DNA of 63,147 nt, the filler included, from Choristocarpus tenellus KU-1152 (taxonomy: Eukaryota; Protista; Phaeophyceae): NCBI GenBank assembly GCA_964200185.2. It is 11 parts of 11 records of this genome, joined end to end, with 100 filler letters (N's around TTAATTAATTAA, not from the genome) between each part and the next. Parts side by side here need not be neighbours in the genome. Positions count along the whole stretch, not along the records: positions 23,641 to 28,091 come from CAXNAD020014491.1; positions 28,192 to 36,306 come from CAXNAD020005126.1; positions 36,407 to 41,703 come from CAXNAD020011240.1; 8 more parts are not named here. One strand, 5' to 3'. How positions within the stretch are numbered: position 1 is the first letter of the stretch; every line of letters starts with the position of its first letter. The position numbers and the translations under genes are program-made. The notes beneath the pieces are model-generated. The model was not told the origin of the DNA and searched no databases. It saw only the letters and a list, made by a program, of their open reading frames with translations. Shown here piece after piece: positions 26,636 to 39,999 of this stretch.

Positions 26636-27415
26636 TCAATATTGGTATTGGGTCATTGGAATCAAATAGCCATCCTTACCACATATAAAACAAACGACAC
26701 GCCCCTTTCCCCGACCCTTCCTACCTGCAGCCCTCCCTCCTCTACTCACTGCCAGAGCATGACCGCTTCCAGCTGATTTGCCCATGTCAGCTGCCCGCAA
26801 GTCCTTGAATCTGTCCACCACCATATCCTCCACCTGTTTCACGGTCTCCGTTTCCTCAAAGTTGGTATAGCTCTTAACTTGGGAGTAGTTCTCCCCTGGC
26901 TTGTTAAGGGTGGTGGCCACCTTGGTCTCCTCTGGAATAACCTCGCCCATCGATTCTAGTCTGGTTGTTAACCTGGACAATTCAATGAACCCAGGGGAAA
27001 GGTCCTTTCTGTCATCGAAAGCTAGGCGATCGAGCTCTGGACGTACACGTCTCGCCTCCTGACGGGTCTTGGGCATGAATGTCGTATCAAGCACGTTCCA
27101 CCCTGCACTTGGAAAGGCCGGTGCGATAAACGCATTTTAGAGCACGGCCTTGCAACATGATCAGCGGTAGTTGCCAAGCTTTCTTGGCCCGTAAAGGCCA
27201 ATCGGAGATCATCGTCCACGCACTGCCTCTCCTAAGGTGATCGTGAGGGTTTTAGGAATCTCGTAGTCCCATTCAGTGATCTCATATAATCCCTTGCCCT
27301 CAGCATGGCCTATCAACGACAGTCTCCAAGTGGACCAGGTCTCCAATGACCTTCCTGTGGGCCCCGTCCAGACAGCAAGTTTCTTCAGATAAGTCCCCAT
27401 ACTACTGAGGCTCAT
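26636..27415 (-). pseudogene. gag: Ty1/copia gag (UBN2-type) with decayed zinc knuckle
   Basis: LSRLTTRLESMGEVIPEETKVATTLNKPGENYSQV...GRGKGRVVCFICGKDGY; frameshifted; lies directly downstream of LTR and PBS. Confidence 0.85.
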
Positions 27416-27418
27416 AAT
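27405..27418 (-). promoter_or_regulatory. Copia primer-binding site (half-tRNA-iMet type)
   Basis: Minus strand reads ATTATGAGCCTCAG right after the LTR's CA end; resembles the copia GGTTATGGGCCCAG PBS. Confidence 0.6.
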
Positions 27419-27752
27419 TGTGCAATTTACCTTGGAATGTTTTGCTATTTATCAGTAGTGAAGACAAGAAGGTGCGGAACCTCACACGACGTCCTTTGCT
27501 GAACGTAAAAGAATGGATGGATGAAATTAGAAGAGTGACGTTGTGGGGTATCTTCTATTGCTTGTTTCTTTATTATTATTTGTGTCTCATATGTAAGTCA
27601 ACGGCTATGTACTAGTAGTTCAATTGCAATACCAATCTCCATACAAAATCCAGATGTACTATCTCATCAGTTATATGACATGAACTCAATCCAACGCAAT
27701 AATCTCACATGCACAAAATAGGGTACACCTCACTATTGTCCTATTTTGCACA
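27419..27752 (-). mobile_element. 5' LTR of a Ty1/copia element (334 bp)
   Basis: TGTGCAA...TTGCACA termini; two more copies at 3794 and 61476. Confidence 0.88.
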
Positions 27753-27846
27753 CTAGAAAACACGATAGCCAACATTACATAAAAATCGCAACATTGGATT
27801 TTGGCCACAAACGGACGCGGCCCTACCCTCTTAAATTACTTGACTC
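27753..27846. mobile_element. Half of a MITE family A copy, abutting the LTR
   Basis: AAAATCGCAACATTGGATTTTGG...CTACCCTCTTAAATTACTTTGACTC matches the end of 5438-5698. Confidence 0.8.
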
Positions 27847-27870
27847 GTACGACGTTGCAAGGGACGATGT

Positions 27871-28026
27871 GGCTCAAAGTATCTTGGGAGGGTTGGCGGC
27901 TGTCCATCTGGGGCCATTTTTTTCATGTCACGATTTTTCGGTGATTTTGTTGTATATGTCGAATGGATACTGTGAGTGCACTTTTCCTGGTAGTGGCCCA
28001 AATGGACACCCTGGTGTAGAACCCCG

Positions 28027-28063
<37 letters not shown>

Positions 28064-28091
28064 GCCCCACCCACCCCCCCCCACACCTGGG
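27871..28091. mobile_element. MITE family B, right end lost in a poly-C run/contig end
   Basis: Starts GGCTCAAAGTATCTTGGG; contains CAAATGGACACCCTGGTGTAG. Confidence 0.85.
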
Positions 28092-28191
28092 NNNNNNNNN
28101 NNNNNNNNNNNNNNNNNNNNNNNNNNNNNNNNNNNTTAATTAATTAANNNNNNNNNNNNNNNNNNNNNNNNNNNNNNNNNNNNNNNNNNNN
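28092..28191. other. Artificial contig linker
   Basis: N44-TTAATTAATTAA-N44. Confidence 0.98.
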
Positions 28192-28958
28192 GGGGGGCTT
28201 TTTGCCTCTGCTCAGCTAACTGTGTGTGACGTGCTTGTAGTAGTTAAATGCGATTTGACCAGAAGGATCGATTTTCACTATTGGTTCAGCAACCAAATCA
28301 ATCATTCTTGCGCAATGCTTGTGGTCTGGAAGCATATGTGGAGAGCTTTGCGTAGTCTCTATTCCTTGGCAGGTATGAATGTATGTAGACTGTGAGATAT
28401 GATTTTTTAAAAAAATGATGATTTCAACTCTGTGCTTGGGGGCCCTTAGAAAAAGATACTTCGATTCTATTGGAGGCTATAGTTTCCTCTGTGCTTTAAG
28501 AGTGGTGAGAATGTTTATGTTGGTTTTGTGTTGGTTTTGTGTTGTCCCTCGTCAAGCCGAGATATGGTAGAAGGTTCCAAGTGATGGCATTTGCATGTTG
28601 TCATGGACAATGCTGCAATGAACCCGACTAGTTGAGCCTGTTGTGAGGTTCGAAGGCTCAGTAAAGGTTTATGTATATATATAATATATATATATAGGGA
28701 GAGAGAGAGAGAGAGAGAGACTTTCAAGCCCCGAAATGGATGTTAGCAAAAAGGAGTTGATCTTTACTTTACTGGTTGCTTACGCGACAAAGGCGGCGTG
28801 CAAGACTGTTCCAAGACCGTTCTGTCTTTGCATTCTGATGAAACTGTTGAACTTTAAGAGCCACCGAACGGTAACCCTGCATGGCGCGCGCGCTCTTGCA
28901 CCTGTGCATGTCTGTCCACGGTATCTGATGCATGTCTCCATCACTGCTTCCTTCCCAG

Positions 28959-30885
28959 GTTGAGTTGGGAATGTCCGCAGCTGTCATCAAGAGCCGGATA
29001 CGGGACATGGTGTATGTTGCCCCTGAATCTTCTCCTAGTGATGGAGTGGGCGATGGGAACAAAAATGGAATCTGCGGTGGCGATGAGATTCACTCTTGCG
29101 GGAAGATCGTGACAGTTACGTCCACCGGAGGAGTGCAAGTATGGGGTATCCCTGAGTTGACTGTTGGGGACCTTCCAGTTTCGACTGGGGATGGGAAGGG
29201 GGAAGTGAAAGGCGATGCGGTAGAGGAGGGGACACTCCTAGCGAGGCAAAGGGTTAAGGTGCGAAAAATGTACTTGTTGTGTACTTACACTCTTTGATTG
29301 TATATTTGTGTGTGTGTGTGTGTGTGTTTGGGTTATGTTTGCTAGAATAGTGTGTGCTGATTATCTTGTTGGTATCGAGTGAGTTTTGGGCTTGAGTGGC
29401 CATTGTATCTTGAAAGAGGTTTGGATGGGAGTGTGGGTCTAGGTGATTTTAAGGTTAATCTCTTTGGGTGGTGACTGGGGTCTCCATGGTAGCCGCTACA
29501 GAGCACTACATAGTGTGTATGCACTTGGAAATTGTTGTACATAAGAATCCTGGATCCCACATTTTTTTGGAGATAGCTATAGTTATGACTACTAGACGTG
29601 TGTCGGGTGTTGGCATGTGGCAACACTTTGGACAAAATGAATACTGCAGCGCGGGCATTGAGGGGAGGGAACTTGTTTTTTGTTTCTGAAAATGTAGGCA
29701 TCTCAACTACTGCCTCTTCTTTTACAGATGCAAGTCGAGATGATGGTCAGAGTGTGCACGGCAGGGGGATAGCACTTGATTTTTAGTATCCACTTTTCCT
29801 CACCCTGTGATCAGTTAGTCGTCCTTTGGAAGTTCTTTTACAGGTGGGGGGGGTACCGTTTTGGAAGCTGTAGGAATAACTGGTATTTTGTGTCCCATTT
29901 TATTAGGAGAGGAAAGAGTAAAGGGTGCAAATGTATTTTGCTATTGGATGTTTTTGTATTTTGTTTTTGAACATTTTTTGTTTGTTTGTGTTGTGCTGTT
30001 TTGAACTGTGCAGCAATGTCATATTCTGAAATGAAAGTAACATTTTTTGGTCCAAAAAAAATGTTTTTTATTCATGAAAACACCCCCCTCCCCCTCCCCT
30101 TCTATCCCATCCCTATTCCATTCATTTGATTTGTTGACTATCTGTAATGGGTGGGAAAGGGTGAACCACGCTTCACCTGTGTGGTGGCTTGTGGCTCCAG
30201 TGTTTGTCCAGATGCCCCATCCAGCAAGAACTCCAAGAAGCGAAGGCATAGGCCTGTTGATAGAGGGGGGGGGGGAGAGGAGGGTGAAGAGGGTGGGGGA
30301 GAGGAAGAGGTTACCTGCTCCTCATCCAAGAAAAAGAAGAAGAAAAAGAAGATGATGGACAGGAATCAGCAAGATGAGGGAGAGGGTGATGTGTCTTTTT
30401 CAGGGGGGCATAGTGGGAAGGAAAAGGGTAGTGGTGGTGGTGGCGGCGGTTATGGTGATAGCGTAAGCAAGAGCGGTGATGTCAAGGGGTTGGGGGATGG
30501 TGAGGTTGAGCGAGGTGGAGGTAAGGGAGTGAGAAAGAAGAAAAAAATGAAAAAGAAACGGTCTGAGGAGTTGGGTGGGAGTGGTGGAGGCAATGATGCT
30601 GGCTTGGCCTCGATGTCAAGCTCTGCATTAGGGGGTGGTGGGCAGAATGGTGAAGATAGTGTAGAAAACAACGGGGATAGCAGTGTCTTGACAAGTGTTG
30701 AAAAGGAAGGGGAAACGGCAAAGGGGGAGGGTGCAATAGCGAGGGGTGTTGTAGGCAGCGGTGGGTTGGGTTCTGTAGTGAAGAAGCAGGTGCCTGTTGA
30801 TGCGGTTAAGAATCGTTCTGGTTTGGTGAAGGGTAAGAAGGGAAAGAGAAAATCTAAGAAAGGTGGAGGTGGGTTAGGGCAGTAG
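28959..30885 (+). CDS. WD40 nucleolar protein C-terminus, PAK1IP1/Mak11-like
   Basis: Exons 28959-29258 (SRIRDM...IVTVTSTGGVQVW) and 30160-30885 (GEPRFTCV followed by a Lys/Gly-rich tail and stop), both phase 0. Confidence 0.65.
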
Positions 30886-31349
30886 TGTGGAAGGAGGGAG
30901 GTTTGGTGGTTGGTCCCTGCAGTCGAGTTGAGCAGCATACAGTCAAGTGGGTGGTGAAGAGCATGCCAGTGCTTGTGTGATCAGTTCTGTATAAATGAAG
31001 GTGATCTAGTTTGTTTTGATGATGTCAGTAATTTCAGGTGACGAGAAGATCAGTTGCAATTATTTGTGGCATGAAATACTTCGTATCTTGCTCCAACTTG
31101 TACAAACGTGGTGTTGGTCATGTTTGGGGTATACAGAGGGTTAACCTCAAGTTCAACATGTTTTTCTGCTAGTGCCATAAATACTCTGAAAAGAGGTCTG
31201 CGGTGGAGTATGTGATGCGCCCATTCAGTTCCTGCCTGTTGGGGTATTGTACCACATTCCATCTACTTTATGGTCAGGTGGACAGTGAGGAGAGGCTTCT
31301 TTAAGATATTCCAGACTCTGTAAAGGTACAGTATATTCAGCCCTGCTCA

Positions 31350-32030
31350 GTCTATGCTTTATTTTACCCTTGATCGACATTTGGTCATTCTTTCTTTGAT
31401 CAAGTTTGATCCAGCACTGAAGGCAGTAGTGTCCATGCCGTACCAGGCACAAGCATATGGTACTTGATATGGCTACTGATCTCACCGCAAGATACGAGGT
31501 ACATCAGGAAAGTATTATCTGTACCATTGCTACAACACCAGGCTGTGTTGTCGTCTCTGGCACACACCTAATTGTATACAGCGCCATTTCTCTTGTGCAC
31601 TCTTCTGACTTGGTTAAGTCGATTCAGCAACAACACTGCTTTGAAGTGTAGTTTCTGAAGGTTTTGCAATATTTATAAATTGCCAGAAGCGCATGCAGAC
31701 TGGTGTGGTGGGTTCTTCCATTTGTGGCTTTCTCGTAGGAACGTTCCTCATACATACACGGTTACATAGTTGGAGCGTAGAGGACCCTTCATTGATGGTC
31801 AGCACCCCCTGCCTTCACCATTGTGATGGATGTGGTTTTCTACAGAGTGGAGTACCTTACATGAGGGCAGCATCACCTGGTTCGTTTAATGTGGCATTGT
31901 TCACACAAATATAACTTAACTCTAGTTGCAGTGCAGCTTCCAGCAAGGTGCTGCATGTGACCCAGAACGTCACATGCCAGAAGGTAGACGAATCACTTTT
32001 CCAGGGATCTTGTAGGCCCGACAACTATTT
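31350..32030 (-). pseudogene. hAT transposase relic (C-terminal dimerisation domain)
   Basis: Across frameshifts: EMALY...QWY..YFP..SYLAVRSVAISST...FSAGSNLIKERMTK, matching the hAT WW..FP.L..LA...LAI.ATS...FS.AG pattern. Confidence 0.5.
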
Positions 32031-32161
32031 ATTAGAGACTACTCATGGTTACCCCTTTTTTTTTGCAGTGGATATTCTTTTTTGTGCCTAGGTCCTGGAA
32101 GTGGTTGCGTTGGTTTGGAAATGGATAGCTGTACGGGAATTGGCAGGATAGTTGAGGTGAT

Positions 32162-35071
32162 GAGCCAAAGTAAATGAGAGGTATGTAGAGTTTCATTTTG
32201 AAGATGCTGACAAGTTATATGCAAAAATTTAATTTTTATACAAATGACTGTTGGATTTTTCCGGAGTCCTGTCGAAAAGTTTCAAACAATGGAGGAAATG
32301 CTCTCAAGTCGAACTTAGGACTTCATCCATATAAATATGGGTGAAATACAAGAGATTGAAAAGATTGACTTCAAGTGCAAAACATCCAAACCTGGGTTAT
32401 TTCATTTACCTTGTCTCGATGGTGAGCAAATTCGATGGGAAAATGGTCGATGCATCAAAGGGAAGGGAGCAACGGCCTTTTGTGGACTTTAGGATGCAGT
32501 TTGGTTGGAGGAGTAGCCTGGAGTGGGGGAATCTGATTGCAAGTGCGTTGGAATACTCATCTGCTTGTTCGTAAGATATATCGATCGTTCGATGATATCA
32601 AGGTTGTAGGATCGACACTATCAAGGTTTTTAAGGTCACAGAAGGGAGTGACGAAGAAGGAGAGATGGCTGGTTTGAGCTTGGAGTGGCAATCGATGATG
32701 GAATATTATGATATCACGCAGACTTCGAGTTCAACCATCCTGGTGGCCTACCTATATCGGGACATTACAAGGTAGTGGGTGACCACAGCAAGAGATGCGG
32801 CAACCTTTCTTTGCGTGGGGGGATTTCGGGTTGAAGCCAGAGGAATATGCCGTGTACTCTAGGAGGATACGAGAGGCGATGAAAATGTCTACGATAGGGA
32901 ACAAAACGAAGTCAGAAGGAGAAATTAGACAATAGAACTATAAATAAGAAAAGAGAGAAGGGAGGGAGAGACTGTGAAAATAGAGTAGGTCTTGTTTTTG
33001 GTTTGTTTTCTTTATTCCACTCTAGTATAATGTATAGTGTTGCCAGTCGCCTCTAGGATGAGATCAATCTTGATTTTTTTGAAAGGGTTGCCCAGCGAGT
33101 TATTCGATGATGAGCGTATCAAATGAAAGCTCTGGATCTAACCTATCACTGGTGAAAAGGAATTGTTTCGGAAATGTTTTTGGTAAGGCTAAACTTTAAA
33201 CGAATGTTTTCGATACAACCTTGGAGATGTTCCGGAATGAATTATCACGACCAAAAATATTTTCCGAAAGAATTCCTTTGCATCTATTGATAAAGTGTTG
33301 GCAGTCACCTCTAGGATGAGACCAGTCTTGACTTTTTTGAAAGGGTTGCCCAACGAGTTAAACAACGATGAGCATATCAAATGAAAGCTCTGGATCTAAC
33401 CTATCACTGATGCAAAGGAATTTTTTCGGAATTTTCTTGGTAAGGTTGAATTTTAGCCGAATGGTCTCGGCACAACCTTGGAAATGTTCCGGAATGAATT
33501 TTCACGACCAAACATATTTTTCGAAAATATTCCTTGGGATCGGTGATAGCTTAGATCCAGAGCTTTCATTTGGTATGCTTATGATCGTTTAACTCATTGG
33601 GCAACCCTTTAAAAAAAACAAGATTGATCACCACCAAAACCGTACGTGGGCTAACCTCGGCTTAATACTGTTTAAGCCACTCACAGGACACAATTCTGGT
33701 TGAGCGTCTTGGAGGACACTGCTTGATGCTTCCAAAGTACCACTGAGAATTGAACCCGATAGAAATGGTATGAGGGCAGGCGAAGCACTATGTTCGAGGT
33801 CATTGTGGCTACACTTTACCTGGAATGAGAGTCAATATTTCCTGTCAGTCTTTAGGATGAAGGGGGGTTGTCCAGAGTAATTGTGGAGAGGTTCTTCAGG
33901 ATGAGTATTGCTTACCACCTGATATGTTCCAACCAAAAAGGCATGGAGCACAACATATTGAACAGGGTGTACAAGACATTTTAATCTCACAGGTGGCCTG
34001 CACCTTCAAAATACCTCATTTGAGTTGGCATGGATTGTCTGGTTCAGAAGCCTGGGCCACCATAAGTGAGCCTTAGTCAGCAGGTGACAACATCGCATAA
34101 ACGGGAAATAATGGAAAGAGAATGGATAGACCAAAACGCCCATGTTCTCCGGGTGAAGATGGCCTCTTCAAGCGTCAAAATCATCCTAAAATTCGCGGTT
34201 CGCGCGCCGACTACTTGAATTAAGTATGGTCCTGTATTTCTCACGATTACTATAAGTCCGAGACCCATCAAATAAGGTTAACCATGCTGATGCGATTACA
34301 ACAAACTAATTTTCATGAAAAAAAAGTTGTTGATCAAAAGTTATGACACGACAAAGTTGATGCAGGAGACGACTGCCAACACTTTAGCCTCTCGCACTCC
34401 CTTGCATTTATAACCCACACACATATTTTTCTAGCTTTGTTTTAAATTTAGAGAGAGAAGGGAAAAGGGCGAAGAAGAAAGGAAAATATTACTCTGTAAA
34501 AATTGCCCTGGAACACGGAATAATCGCAATACCTGATCCGAGGGACACCATTCACCTTGATGCATCAACATCGCCAAAATCTTTTCGGAAAGGAACCTGA
34601 AGAGGGGAAAAGAAAAAGGAGTCCACTCCCATCTACCATCCCGTCCATCACCACCACACCCGAAAAAAAATACAATCAAGAAAATTCCATTAAGGGAAAA
34701 ATAAAGTCTAATTAACTTGGAAGGGAAAGCAGGAACAGGAAAAAAAGATTAAAGAATAGATGAGTAATCAGGCAGTCAAACTGAAAAAAGAAGGAGCCAG
34801 AGAGATACAGCGAGCCAGTGTAAGCGAGAGGTACACAGTTTTTTCCGCTATTTTGCATTTTAAGACAGTATTTCGATCTTTTCCAATTCACCCATATTCC
34901 TAAGGATGAAGTGCTAAGGTTGATTTGATAACGTTGACTTCTCTATGATTTGAGATTTTTCGACAGAATTCAGAAAGTATCCCCTACGCCCTTTTTTTCT
35001 CAAGTCAATTTTTGCACACATTGGTCAGCATCCGTCAAACATCTCTGGGTACGTCTCGCTTACTTCGACTC
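32162..35071. mobile_element. ~2.9-kb non-autonomous TIR element with ~200-bp imperfect TIRs; terminus of the same family as the MITEs
   Basis: Left GAGCCAAAGTAAATGAGAGG...GATGCTGAC...CTGTCGAAAA...CTTCATCC...ATATGGGTGAA is mirrored at 34885-35071 (TTCACCCATAT...GGATGAAG...TTTTCGACAG...GTCAGCATC...TACTTCGACTC). Confidence 0.75.
33044..33630. repeat. Tandem plus inverted repeat array (259-bp period)
   Basis: CAGTC(G/A)CCTCTAGGATGAG...AAAGGGTTGCCCA...ATCAAATGAAAGCTCTGGATCTAACCTATCAC at 33044 and 33303; inverted partial copy at about 33542-33630. Confidence 0.9.
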
Positions 35072-35514
35072 GCTAGTAATCATCAAGCAGTAGGAACTGG
35101 GTCTGAACCTTGATCTGCTGGTGGAGCTGTTTTATCTGATAATATAGCATGGCGTATGCCGGCTAGTACTTGCTGTATACTTTAGTAGTGCCATTCACCC
35201 ATGAAGTACTTGGCTCCATCAACCACACGAGTATACCACTCATCATGTTAGTTTGCTATCATGGTCTCTCCACTTCTCGGTCTTCACCAAAAAAATCTCA
35301 AGATCATCTTGCAACCACATACACCAGTGTTTTTCCTGATCATCTCGTTTCCGTTTTCCGCCTGTTCACAAGACTCTCCGCTTCCGCAGAGTTGTCTCAA
35401 TACTGTCACAGTTTTCACATGGGTATCCCTATATGGTATGATGTGATCAGTGTTCTCCTGCTCACGGACACTGCTGTAGCGTAGTAGGAATCCATGATGG
35501 TGGAACCTCGGGTT

Positions 35515-35698
35515 GGCCAAGAGTATCTGAGGGGGGGGGAGGGGGGGTCTACCCCAGGGTGTCCATTTGAGGCAAAATCAAGAAACGTGCATTTACATTA
35601 TCCAACGTATGCAACAAAATCACCCAAAAATCGCGACATACGTGAAACAATTGACCCCAAATGGACAGCCGACACCCCCTCCCCAGATACTTTGAGCC
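35515..35698. mobile_element. MITE family B, complete, 3-bp TSD GTT
   Basis: GGCCAAGAGTATCTG...CCCAGATACTTTGAGCC. Confidence 0.9.
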
Positions 35699-35719
35699 GT
35701 TATCATAATGGGCCTGATA

Positions 35720-35886
35720 GGAACGGCTTAGGTAGCTCCTGAAAGCCGTGACTCTCCTAGCGTTACGGCGATGTGGGACTTGTCCAGAACCAGGCCTGCG
35801 CGGGAGTGTCTTATTGTGCACTGTATCGTTCTGGAAGAAGATGGATACTACGCAACTCGCATTTCTCCCATTTAATCTCGTAGGGG
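35720..35886 (-). pseudogene. Paralogous 3' fragment of the Sola2-like transposase at 56280-58120
   Basis: Reverse complement reads PYEIKWEKCELRSIHLLPERYS..DTPAQAWFWTSPT, versus PYEVKWENGDLQNIQLLVERYSIDQETPTSA*FLTSPT at about 57990-58110. Confidence 0.75.
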
Positions 35887-36306
35887 TTGTTAAAGTATCT
35901 TCCAAATCATCAAAGAGGATAAAGGAGATAAACCCAGCGAGATTGCTTGGTGTCTGTAGAATGATTGATTAAAGTTAAGTGGGGCATGCAACACCCCAAT
36001 AAAATCATAAATATTTCCTTCTATATGAGAAAAATTCTCATACAACTAGTCACTAGTAAAAGGTTTTGATAACTCAACCACTAATTGATTGTTCCGTTAC
36101 TCCATACATATTTTACCGCAACTGACCGGTGGAGGTGGAAGAGTCTAATCGAACACCCTCCCTAGCTCAAACAATGCTTGAGAAACAACTTACAAGATAA
36201 CAATTATGGATCCTAGGAGACTCCTCAGGTCAATCCTGTATGACAAGAAAACAACCAGCTATTGAACTCATCGAAAAGAAATTAATCCAACCAAACACAC
36301 TCAAGT
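35887..36306. mobile_element. Family D element (terminus GTTAAAGTATC) interrupting the transposase fragment
   Basis: TGTTAAAGTATCTTCCAAATCATCAAAGAGGATAAAGG..; reverse-complement copy at 41804-41864. Right boundary not seen. Confidence 0.55.
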
Positions 36307-36406
36307 NNNNNNNNNNNNNNNNNNNNNNNNNNNNNNNNNNNNNNNNNNNNTTAATTAATTAANNNNNNNNNNNNNNNNNNNNNNNNNNNNNNNNNNNNNN
36401 NNNNNN
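36307..36406. other. Artificial contig linker
   Basis: N44-TTAATTAATTAA-N44. Confidence 0.98.
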
Positions 36407-37572
36407 AAGGAAGAAGGTGAAACGAGGAGTGAACTTTCAAGCCCAAAGGGGGGGGGTCCTTGCCACCAAACCAATCCTATTATATATTGATCAGTAATCG
36501 CTAGTCACAGATTACTTACTACAAATTTTCCTATTCCAGAACTCTTCCATATTCTAGTTCCTTAACCCAAACCTATCTTATATTCTTCAGAACACAAACA
36601 TGGTCTCTTCCAACCTTAGATTTTTCTTACAGAAAATTACTTTTACACAAAATAAAAAAGCAATTCTTGACAGCGACTTTCACGCTCTATCAAAGAGGTC
36701 CAGGGATGATTCCATCCCCTTCCTCTCCCAACTTCTGTACAAGGGGCATCATGCAATGCTCACTCTCTATCTCCAGAAATTGTATCAACACCATAACTGC
36801 AATTACAGAATTTCAAACACATATCTCCCATAGGCCCTTAAAGAGTGTGGGTGTTGGTTGAGTATGATCGGGAACATAGAGGCCTGGACAAGGGCTAAGA
36901 CTGAGCGGATTAGAATTGGATGTTAACATTTTTTTTTCATGACTTGAGAAGCAGGTCTGCTTGAATGGGGCTTCACCCACCAGGTGAATGTGAATTGTTT
37001 ACACTACTTGCCCCAATACACAGGGGACTCTTAATAAACAATGATGCCGTAGGTACTCAAACATCGTAAAGAATAAATACAAAGTAGTATGATTCTTGCG
37101 CTGTAACAGAAATGCATCATTTCTGAGCAACACCATTAACCCAGGCAATCAAATCTACTGCTACATACACCCGCAAATATTGTTGCTCTGCCCACTCTGA
37201 AAAGATTGTACAGGCCCATTGCCTTTTTCTGAATACAAAAGAGTCACTGCATTAACAATTTCTCTCTAATCGCAAACGCCTCTTAAACAGGTACCCTCAT
37301 CACAAAACACAAGGACAAATAGTCCATTATCAGTCTGCTTGATGTAAGCAAAAGGAAACTATCAATCCTCTGCCTCAAATCCACACAAACAATGTCAATC
37401 ATGCTCCCGACATAAGCATAAGGACCTCACACCCATCGACCAAGAGCACCACACCTCAGCTACGCTACACAAGCTGACAATTTTCCACTATCAACTCCAA
37501 CTCAATACCGACCTTCCCCTTCCACAATGCATAAATATAGCAAAACTCTATTCCTAAGAAATTTCCACCAAG

Positions 37573-39413
37573 TCATGGGAAAAGCACTTCACCCCTTGCA
37601 AAGGTTGTAAACAACGCCAAAGCAGTCATACTAACACCTGCAGCGACAGCCATCGCACAGGTCCATGCGGTTGAACTCGTTGCACCCCCTGTCGCCTCCA
37701 AGATTTCACCCGTCAGGGCCACCCCAATTACGCCTGCTACTGTGCCAGCGCCATTAGAAATGGCTGAAAGAACACCAGCATGTCGAGGGGCGATGTCCAT
37801 GTGATTCACCGACCAGCCTCCTCGGGACAGGCCCAGTCCAGACTGCACCATGGTAGCGTACAGCATGCCCTCCCACCACATCTTTGCTCTTGGCATCACC
37901 AACATTGACGCACCAGCAATAAGAAAGCCAAGAGTGTTCACCAGCTTGCGTGAATACTGGATGGATACGCTCTTTGTAGAGATGAGCCATGAACCGAGCC
38001 AGCCACCCACATTAGATGACAGAAACATCATGACATATGGCATCGCCTGCCAAGAAAGAAATTGTGTGGTGTATGAGTCAAGGATAGAGCGCTTCGGGAA
38101 AATATGATTCTGCCTGGTAATATGAGACGGACTTATTGAAGTTCGCATACGTGATAGTAGGTGGGTGATACGGCAACACCAGGATAGCGCTCTGTATCAA
38201 CGAAGAACTTCATTGGAGAAAGCACAAGTGCTCTAAAAGACAATATGTTTGCAGACAGAACAAGTGTTATAATAATATAGATAAATATGTATATATATTT
38301 AGATATATGGAGCACGCCCTTTGACAAAGGAAGATATTTCAGAATGACACGACTGCGGATGGGAATTTGATCAGCTGAGTAGCACCAGCCTGACTGGCAA
38401 TGAAGGGATAGTCGGCATACCTTTAATGTGGGTCCCATTTCGTGGAGACTTACACCTACGAGATCCTGGAAATATGTTGGCATCCAGCTCATGAGTACGT
38501 AGGTTCCATAGTGAAAGCCGAAATTGTTGGATACAATTGCCCACACAGCACTGCTGCGAATCATCACACCCCACGGGATCCTCTTGGTCAACATAGCCCC
38601 CGTCTGAGCTGTGACACCTTCGTCATTTGACGTCATTAGAAGTGACTTCTCTTCTTGTGTCTCGGTCAAGCTATGTTGCCTAATGAGATGAATTCCTCCT
38701 TGTTCCACCTCATCTTCCTCAATCATCCTTGGCGTGTCTTCAACTGGTTTATCATTCGAACCCAAGGCCGCTCGCTCCGGCGGGTCCCTCCCCATGCTTG
38801 ACCATAACATTAACCAGGACAGAGCGAGCAAGCCTGCCAAATTAAATTCAGCGCCTGGCCCATTTTTTTTTACAAGCCGTGGTACCACCAACATGGACAA
38901 AGCAGAGCCGAGGTACATGCCCGACATGGCGAGAGACACTAAGCGGCCACGCTCTAGAACAGGGATCCATCCCGCTAGCACAGTATGGGAGGCCGGAACA
39001 ATGACACCCTGGCTAAGACCGATAGCTACACGGCATGCGACAATGATCCAGGGACTGCCACCTTCCAGATTGCTTGGCATAAGACCTGACACAACACCCC
39101 ATAGAGTGAAGGATGCCATCAGCACACGTCTTCCGCCCACCCGAGAAGAAATGATCCCCCCCGGTACCTGCATCAAGGCGTAGCCATAAAAGAATGCAGA
39201 AAGTACCCTCCCCTTCACTCCCTCGTCCAATCCTTCCGTTGCAGCCAGTTGCGTGAACGCAATACTAAAACCCATTCTCTCCATGTAACAAATGAGGGTG
39301 CAAAGGAAGATGCAACCACACACAACATGGTGGTAAGGCCAATTGCGAAAAGTGACCTCGCCTTGGACACACATCGCCAAGCAAACTCTGGGAACACATC
39401 GCATCCAAACCAT
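37573..39413 (-). CDS. MFS anion/phosphate transporter, SLC17/PHT4 (PHT4;6-like)
   Basis: Two exons, 39413-38421 and 38046-37573: ICYMERMGFSIA, KGRVLSAFFYGYALMQVPGG, W.P..ERGR, SWMPTYF, RKLVN, SVNHMDIAPRHAGVL.AISN.AGT.AG. Start codon uncertain. Confidence 0.93.
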
Positions 39414-39999
39414 GATTCCCCACTGGACATAAGTTGAAAGATCATGATGCGATTGTCAGCTCCCTCTCTCCACAAACTCCACAAAAGATTTATGAAAAAA
39501 ACTCACCGATTAAGAAAGAAGTGGATGCATGGATGTATAAGTCGTTGTGATTGGACCGTACAAACAGAGAATAGACAAGTTGTAAGTAACGTGTATGATG
39601 TGTGTCTCTACTGGATAATTTTTTACACATGGGTTTGTTTGATGAAGATTCTGGGTGGTACTACAAAAAAGTCGTTGCTGCACAGCACCACCTACGTCCA
39701 CGCTGAAAAGTCGAAAGATAAAAGACCCAATTGTTAACAAACAGTACGGCAGTACCATTTACACTACGTTACATTGCACACACATCATTCAATAGACCTC
39801 AACCCAGGTTGTTTCACAAATCCCTGGTGAGTCGGCTGTGATTCCTCAAGGACATGTATTTTCTGCTTTTCGCTGTTTATGTACCAATTTAATGCTGATG
39901 ACAGATCACATGTGCATCACATGCGTTTGCACATTAAGTGAAAGGCGCAGCCTAGTTGTTGTCCAGGTTACATAGATCCAGGCACTGGATCAGACCTAC

